DNA of 32,000 nucleotides from positions 2,880,001 to 2,912,000 of the forward strand of contig NC_002677.1 in assembly GCF_000195855.1 (NCBI RefSeq). The letters run 5' to 3'. The notes beneath the pieces were generated by a model that made no database searches, had not been told where the DNA came from, and saw only the letters and a program-made list of their open reading frames with translations. The position numbers and the translations under genes were made by a program. Shown here piece after piece: positions 28,008 through 32,000 of this stretch (position 1 is the first letter of the stretch; each line of letters opens with the position of its first letter). Source of the DNA: Mycobacterium leprae TN (GTDB taxonomy: Bacteria > Actinomycetota > Actinomycetes > Mycobacteriales > Mycobacteriaceae).

Positions 28008-29075
28008 CTAGCCCGATTGCAAGGACAACGCTAACGGTCCCAGGGTGATCAGCGCACCCACCACAACCGCGATTAGCGTACTGGCGATGTCCTCAGTTCT
28101 GCGAACTACCCGCACCCCGACCACCAAGCCGAGAATCACCAACACCGATAATACCAGCGCCACGATGCTGTTCCAACGCCACAGCTGGTCGAAGGCAACG
28201 AACAACCCGGCACCGAACACCACCGCCAGAATCGACTGCAGCACAATCAAGCTACCGCGCCACAGTGCTTCGAATCTGCTTTGCCAGCCGCGGGCAGGCG
28301 AGGTTATACCAGCAAGATCGGTATGCAGGTCGAGATGGTCTTCGTCGAGGTCTATTCCGACAGCCAGCAACCCCCCTGCGGCGTGTTCATCGCCGCGCCG
28401 TTCAGCTAGCTCATTGGTGAGGGTATGCCCGCTGAACAGAGCCCCCGCTGACATTTGCAGGTTGTAACGCGCGTACGCTGACTCTTCCGCCACTAATTCA
28501 GCCGCACGCACCTCAGAGCCCATCACGTCCACCGGAATGTCGGCGAAAGGCTCCACTGGATCGGGGCTCATCCCCTCGGCATCGGATTGCTTCTGCGCAA
28601 TGCTGTCCGGAGCAACCGGGTGCCGTACGTCGCCGAGGTGAGGCAACGGACGCGAGCAAGCACTCCGTTGCAATCCCGTCCTGAGATGGGTTAGTGGCGG
28701 CGACTTAGGCCAACGCGGCTCAGGTGCGGACCAACAGCCGGGCGGGACATGGCCGTGGTCGTCGACCGGTGGTTCAGCGACGATGCCTTCACAGACCGGT
28801 TCTAGCGGAGATTGGGCGGCCGGCTCGACAACCCGGACTCCTATGTTCGCCCGATGAGCATGGGTGGCTGCCAGATGCTGCTCGTCAGCGTGATCATCAT
28901 GAATGATCGGAATATCGCAGGTCAACTCCGCGACCGTGACCGCGTCGCTGTCAGTACGCCGACGCCGACGGCGGCTGACCGCGGGAGCACCAATGGTTCC
29001 ATTCCTAGCCAGCAATTCGGCCACCGAGATCGGCCGGGCGTGGGGGCTCTCGGTGTCGTTGTGTGGTCCGGTCAT
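28008..29075 (-). CDS. Conserved membrane protein (disordered N-terminal region, C-terminal TM helices)
   Basis: 355-aa ORF. The ATG overlaps the ppx-like stop (29072-29075). The C-terminal part has three hydrophobic helices ([55 protein letters not shown]). Rv0497-like position. Confidence 0.7.
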   Translation of the reverse strand: MTGPHNDTESPHARPISVAELLARNGTIGAPAVSRRRRRRTDSDAVTVAELTCDIPIIHDDHADEQHLAATHAHRANIGVRVVEPAAQSPLEPVCEGIVAEPPVDDHGHVPPGCWSAPEPRWPKSPPLTHLRTGLQRSACSRPLPHLGDVRHPVAPDSIAQKQSDAEGMSPDPVEPFADIPVDVMGSEVRAAELVAEESAYARYNLQMSAGALFSGHTLTNELAERRGDEHAAGGLLAVGIDLDEDHLDLHTDLAGITSPARGWQSRFEALWRGSLIVLQSILAVVFGAGLFVAFDQLWRWNSIVALVLSVLVILGLVVGVRVVRRTEDIASTLIAVVVGALITLGPLALSLQSG

Positions 29076-30091
29076 GTTTTGTCGCCTCTCGATCGGTTAG
29101 CTGCGTTCCGATCAACCTCTTGGCCTCTAGTATCCCGCACCGAGGTCTGCACGAGTGCGGTTCCATCGGCTTCGCTGTCGAGTTTGCGTAAGATGAGGCC
29201 TTCCCGTAATGCCCACGGGCAGATATCCACCGTTTCTATCGACAGCGCTCGCATACTTGCTTCGGCCACCAAAGCGCCCGCTACGATTTGCGGCGCCCTC
29301 TCGGTACTTATCCCTTCTAATTCGGCACGATCAGACGCCGTCATCCTAGAGATAAACGCGATGAGTTGTCGCAGGCCGTTGACCGTTAGTGCGCGCTTCG
29401 CCCGTGGTCCCGCCGCCGACGGTGCCGCACCAGTAAGCCTAGCCAGCGAACGAAACGTCTTCGACGTTGCTACCGCGAGATCGGGTTTGCCGGCTTCCAA
29501 AACGGTCACGCTGGCATCCGACAGCTCGGAATCCAGCCAGTCACGCAGCATCGCCACCCGACGCCGACCGGGCGGATCATCTGGCAACCACTCGCGGGTT
29601 AACCGTCCGGCACCAAGCGGCAGTGATAACGCGACCTCGGGCTCCTCATCGACACCGTTTGACAACTCCAACGAGCCGCCGCCAATGTCGAGGTTGATGA
29701 TTCGCCCCGCGCTCCACCCAAACCACCGCCGCACCGCCAGAAAGGTCAGTCGCGACTCATCGACGCCACGTAGCACCTGCAACCGGACACCGGTTTCCTT
29801 ACGCACCCGAGACAGCACGTCGTCGGAATTTCCCGCCTCGCGAACCGCGGACGTAGCGAAGGCCATCAGCTCAGCGCAGCCGGAACTGACAGCAATCTTA
29901 GCGAATTCGCCGATTGTGGAAACTAGCTTGTCGGCAGCGCGCTTAGTGATTTTACCCGAGCTGTCCGTGGCTTCGACCATTCGCAACGTAGCCTTCGTCG
30001 AACTCATTGGTGTCGGATGTCCGCCGCGATAAGCATCAACCACAAGCAGATGAACCGTGTTGCTACCAACGTCAAGCACGCCCAATCGCAC
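29072..30091 (-). CDS. ppx2: Ppx/GppA-family exopolyphosphatase-like protein
   Basis: The GTG at 30091 gives [20 protein letters not shown]..., the canonical Ppx/GppA (ASKHA) N-terminus. The ORF-track extension to 30292 is Arg/Ser-rich and overlaps the divergent gene, so it is probably not translated. Confidence 0.82.
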   Translation of the reverse strand: MRLGVLDVGSNTVHLLVVDAYRGGHPTPMSSTKATLRMVEATDSSGKITKRAADKLVSTIGEFAKIAVSSGCAELMAFATSAVREAGNSDDVLSRVRKETGVRLQVLRGVDESRLTFLAVRRWFGWSAGRIINLDIGGGSLELSNGVDEEPEVALSLPLGAGRLTREWLPDDPPGRRRVAMLRDWLDSELSDASVTVLEAGKPDLAVATSKTFRSLARLTGAAPSAAGPRAKRALTVNGLRQLIAFISRMTASDRAELEGISTERAPQIVAGALVAEASMRALSIETVDICPWALREGLILRKLDSEADGTALVQTSVRDTRGQEVDRNAANRSRGDKT

Positions 30092-30233
30092 AGAACACCA
30101 ACCTAGCCGGGCAACGATGCTAGCGCTGCGCGACCCACTGAGGCGCCGCGGCAAAACAAACACCGACAAGCAGCGATGCGCGTCGGGTGTCTCCGTGTCA
30201 AGCTGTCCAGAATCTGGGTCTACCTTTGAATAC

Positions 30234-31028
30234 GTGGCAAACTCACACCTGGAACCGGTGCATCCAGGGGAAGAGGTCGACTTGGATTTCACCCGTGAGT
30301 GGGTGGAGTTCTACGACCCGGACAATTCGGAGCAGCTAATCGCGGCCGATCTCACCTGGCTACTGTCACGGTGGACGTGCGTGTTCGGCACACCTGCGTG
30401 CAGGGGCACCGTGGCCGGTCGACCAGATGATGGCTGCTGCTCGCACGGCGCATTCCTGTCGGACGACGCCGACCGAACGCGCTTGGACGACGCGGTAAAA
30501 AAGCTCAGCCACGACGACTGGCAATTCCGCGAAAAAGGTTTGGGCCGTAAGGGTTATTTGGAACTCGACGAGCATGATGGCCAATCCCAATTCCGGACCC
30601 GAAAACACAAGAACGCTTGCATTTTCCTAAACCGACCCGGGTTCCCTATCGGCGCTGGCTGCGCGCTGCATAGCAAAGCCCTCAAGCTAGGCGTACCGCC
30701 GCGGACGATGAAACCCGATATTTGTTGGCAACTGCCGATCCGACACAGCCAGGAGTGGGTGACCAGGCCCGACGGCACCGAAATTCTCAAAACCACGGTC
30801 ACCGAATATGACCGCCGCAGCTGGGGCTCCGGCGGCGCGGATTTACATTGGTATTGCACCGGCGATCCGGCCAGCCATGTCGACAGTAAGCAGCTGTGGG
30901 AGAGCCTGGCCGACGAACTCACCGAACTACTTGGCGCGAAAGCCTACGCTAAGCTGGCGGCAATATGTAAGCGCCGCAACAGATTAGGTATCATCGCAGT
31001 GCACCCGGCGACGCAGGAGGCCAAATAG
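30234..31028 (+). CDS. Conserved Cys-rich hypothetical protein (Rv0495c-like)
   Basis: The well-conserved-looking region starts around [29 protein letters not shown]. Cys motifs are [18 protein letters not shown] and NACIFL. The start is ambiguous: GTG 30234, ATG 30117, or the ORF-track start 30057. Confidence 0.7.
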   Translation: MANSHLEPVHPGEEVDLDFTREWVEFYDPDNSEQLIAADLTWLLSRWTCVFGTPACRGTVAGRPDDGCCSHGAFLSDDADRTRLDDAVKKLSHDDWQFREKGLGRKGYLELDEHDGQSQFRTRKHKNACIFLNRPGFPIGAGCALHSKALKLGVPPRTMKPDICWQLPIRHSQEWVTRPDGTEILKTTVTEYDRRSWGSGGADLHWYCTGDPASHVDSKQLWESLADELTELLGAKAYAKLAAICKRRNRLGIIAVHPATQEAK

Positions 31029-31089
31029 CACCAGGTTGGCCAGCACCGACAACCTAGCCCAATCGCAGCGGTATGCCACCTTCTTGGTA

Positions 31090-31760
31090 CGATTCGAGCA
31101 TGCGCAGCGCGCTGGCCTATAGGCATGACTCAACCGACGAAGCGGCCGTCGCCGCGTCGCGCGGCAGCACAGCCTCAGGTATGGCCTGCAAGTCAACGAC
31201 CACCGAGGCGGGGTCGGCATAGGCTACCGGTGAGCTCATATTCGCGTCCACCGAAAGTGTGCTCGACCCAAACGATACAACAGCCCCAACACACAGTTGC
31301 GAATGCTTTGGATGAGGACCGGAAGTAGGCTAGGTAGGCCACCTGACGCGCCAGGGCCGTCTCGGCCCCACACATTCCGGCCAGCGCGACGCACAATGCC
31401 TCGACATCATCGAATGTGCTCCGGTCGGAGACCAGGCAGCCGATCAGAGAACCTAAGGCAGCGCGAATTTCAAACAGCTCGATCAGGAACTCGGAACCCA
31501 ATTTCCGCACCAACACCTCGACGACCGCGGGATATTAGGGCCGTCAGATCGCATACCACGCTGCCGTTCCCATTTCCGGCCTCGCTAAGTACCCATCTAC
31601 TGCATCCGGGCACGAGTCCGCCGGCAAGAACATGCCGTTAACACTGAGCTTGTTCAGCTCACTCCCGCTCAGGCTGCAGGATCTAGCTCGGCGGGAAAGC
31701 GCCGTCGAGGATGGCATCGGCCAATCGACACAGAGATTTGCTTAGCCACACGGTAACAAT
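31090..31760 (-). pseudogene. GntR/FadR-family transcriptional regulator pseudogene
   Basis: The minus-strand N-terminal part is the wHTH motif broken by stops and shifts: LADAILDGAFPPS*ILQPERE*AEQ..., where LP.ERELAEQLGVSR is expected. The C-terminal FCD-like domain is GSEFLIELFEIRAALGSLIGCLVSDRSTFDDVEAL. Confidence 0.6.
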
Positions 31761-32000
31761 CAGACGGCTGAATCAGCCTTGATTGGTTCATTAACTCCAT
31801 CAATTAAAGTAAATAGACCTAATGAGATCGCCAAAACACAACTGCACATCCAGGCGACACAACCCGCTGAGCGTAGCGTCCGCTCGGCGACTAGTCGACC
31901 AGAGGTGGAGTAGTGGACGACCACCTGAGATCCACCCGCAGCCCCAACACTGGCAGGGTCAAGCCGAGCGCCTAGAAGACCTGGTAGCCACCCTGTCGGA

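Noticed and set aside
28812-30032. 406-aa plus-strand ORF, the longest ORF without an assigned function in the window
   Set aside because: It lies entirely antisense to the Ppx/GppA gene and the upstream membrane protein gene. Its composition is Ser/Arg/Ala/Pro-rich with no motifs, which is typical of a shadow ORF on the opposite strand of a GC-rich gene.
31760-32000. AT-rich stretch (ttcattaactccatcaattaaagtaaatag) and downstream sequence as a possible small RNA or tRNA
   Set aside because: No cloverleaf-compatible arms or conserved T-loop sequence. The window ends before any context can be assessed.

Overview
The window looks like a slow-growing Mycobacterium chromosome segment. Gene order matches what I recall of the M. 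tuberculosis Rv0494-Rv0529 region. Intact housekeeping genes alternate with decayed genes, as in a reductively evolved genome, so M. leprae or a very close relative is the best fit. That species call rests on remembered protein similarity and synteny, not on a search.

Intact minus-strand blocks:
- 41-6068: a cytochrome c maturation (System II) cluster plus hemL, namely ccsA, resB, ccdA, a ResA/TlpA-like thioredoxin lipoprotein, a histidine phosphatase and hemL. All are chained by overlapping stop/start codons.
- 13799-18897: hemB, cysG/hemD, hemC and hemA.
- 22471-26374: a PlsC-like acyltransferase, a GalE-like epimerase, the 33-aa ribosomal protein bS22, a small excisionase-type HTH protein and proC.
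- 27135-30091: a TIM-barrel sugar-phosphate isomerase-like protein, a membrane protein and a Ppx/GppA phosphatase.

Intact plus-strand genes are a HAD/SerB-like phosphatase, a hotdog dehydratase-like protein, cmaA2 (19999-22442) and a Cys-rich conserved protein (about 30234-31028).

About 7.7 kb between hemL and hemB (6069-13798) has no long intact ORF. It carries frameshifted fossils of a GabP-type permease, an AcpA/PLC-family phosphoesterase, an alpha/beta esterase, an acyltransferase-3/SGNH protein and an RHH-Doc toxin-antitoxin pair. Smaller fossils are a glutaredoxin-like gene upstream of hemA, a gap where an Rv0499-like gene is expected, and a GntR/FadR regulator.

I found no rRNA, tRNA, CRISPR array, intact transposase or intact novel multi-gene system. 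The points most worth a second look are the decayed accessory genes (the TA pair and the AcpA-like phosphoesterase), three short perfect or near-perfect tandem duplications that are VNTR candidates, and two unusually long inverted repeats in decayed DNA. All pseudogene boundaries are approximate.
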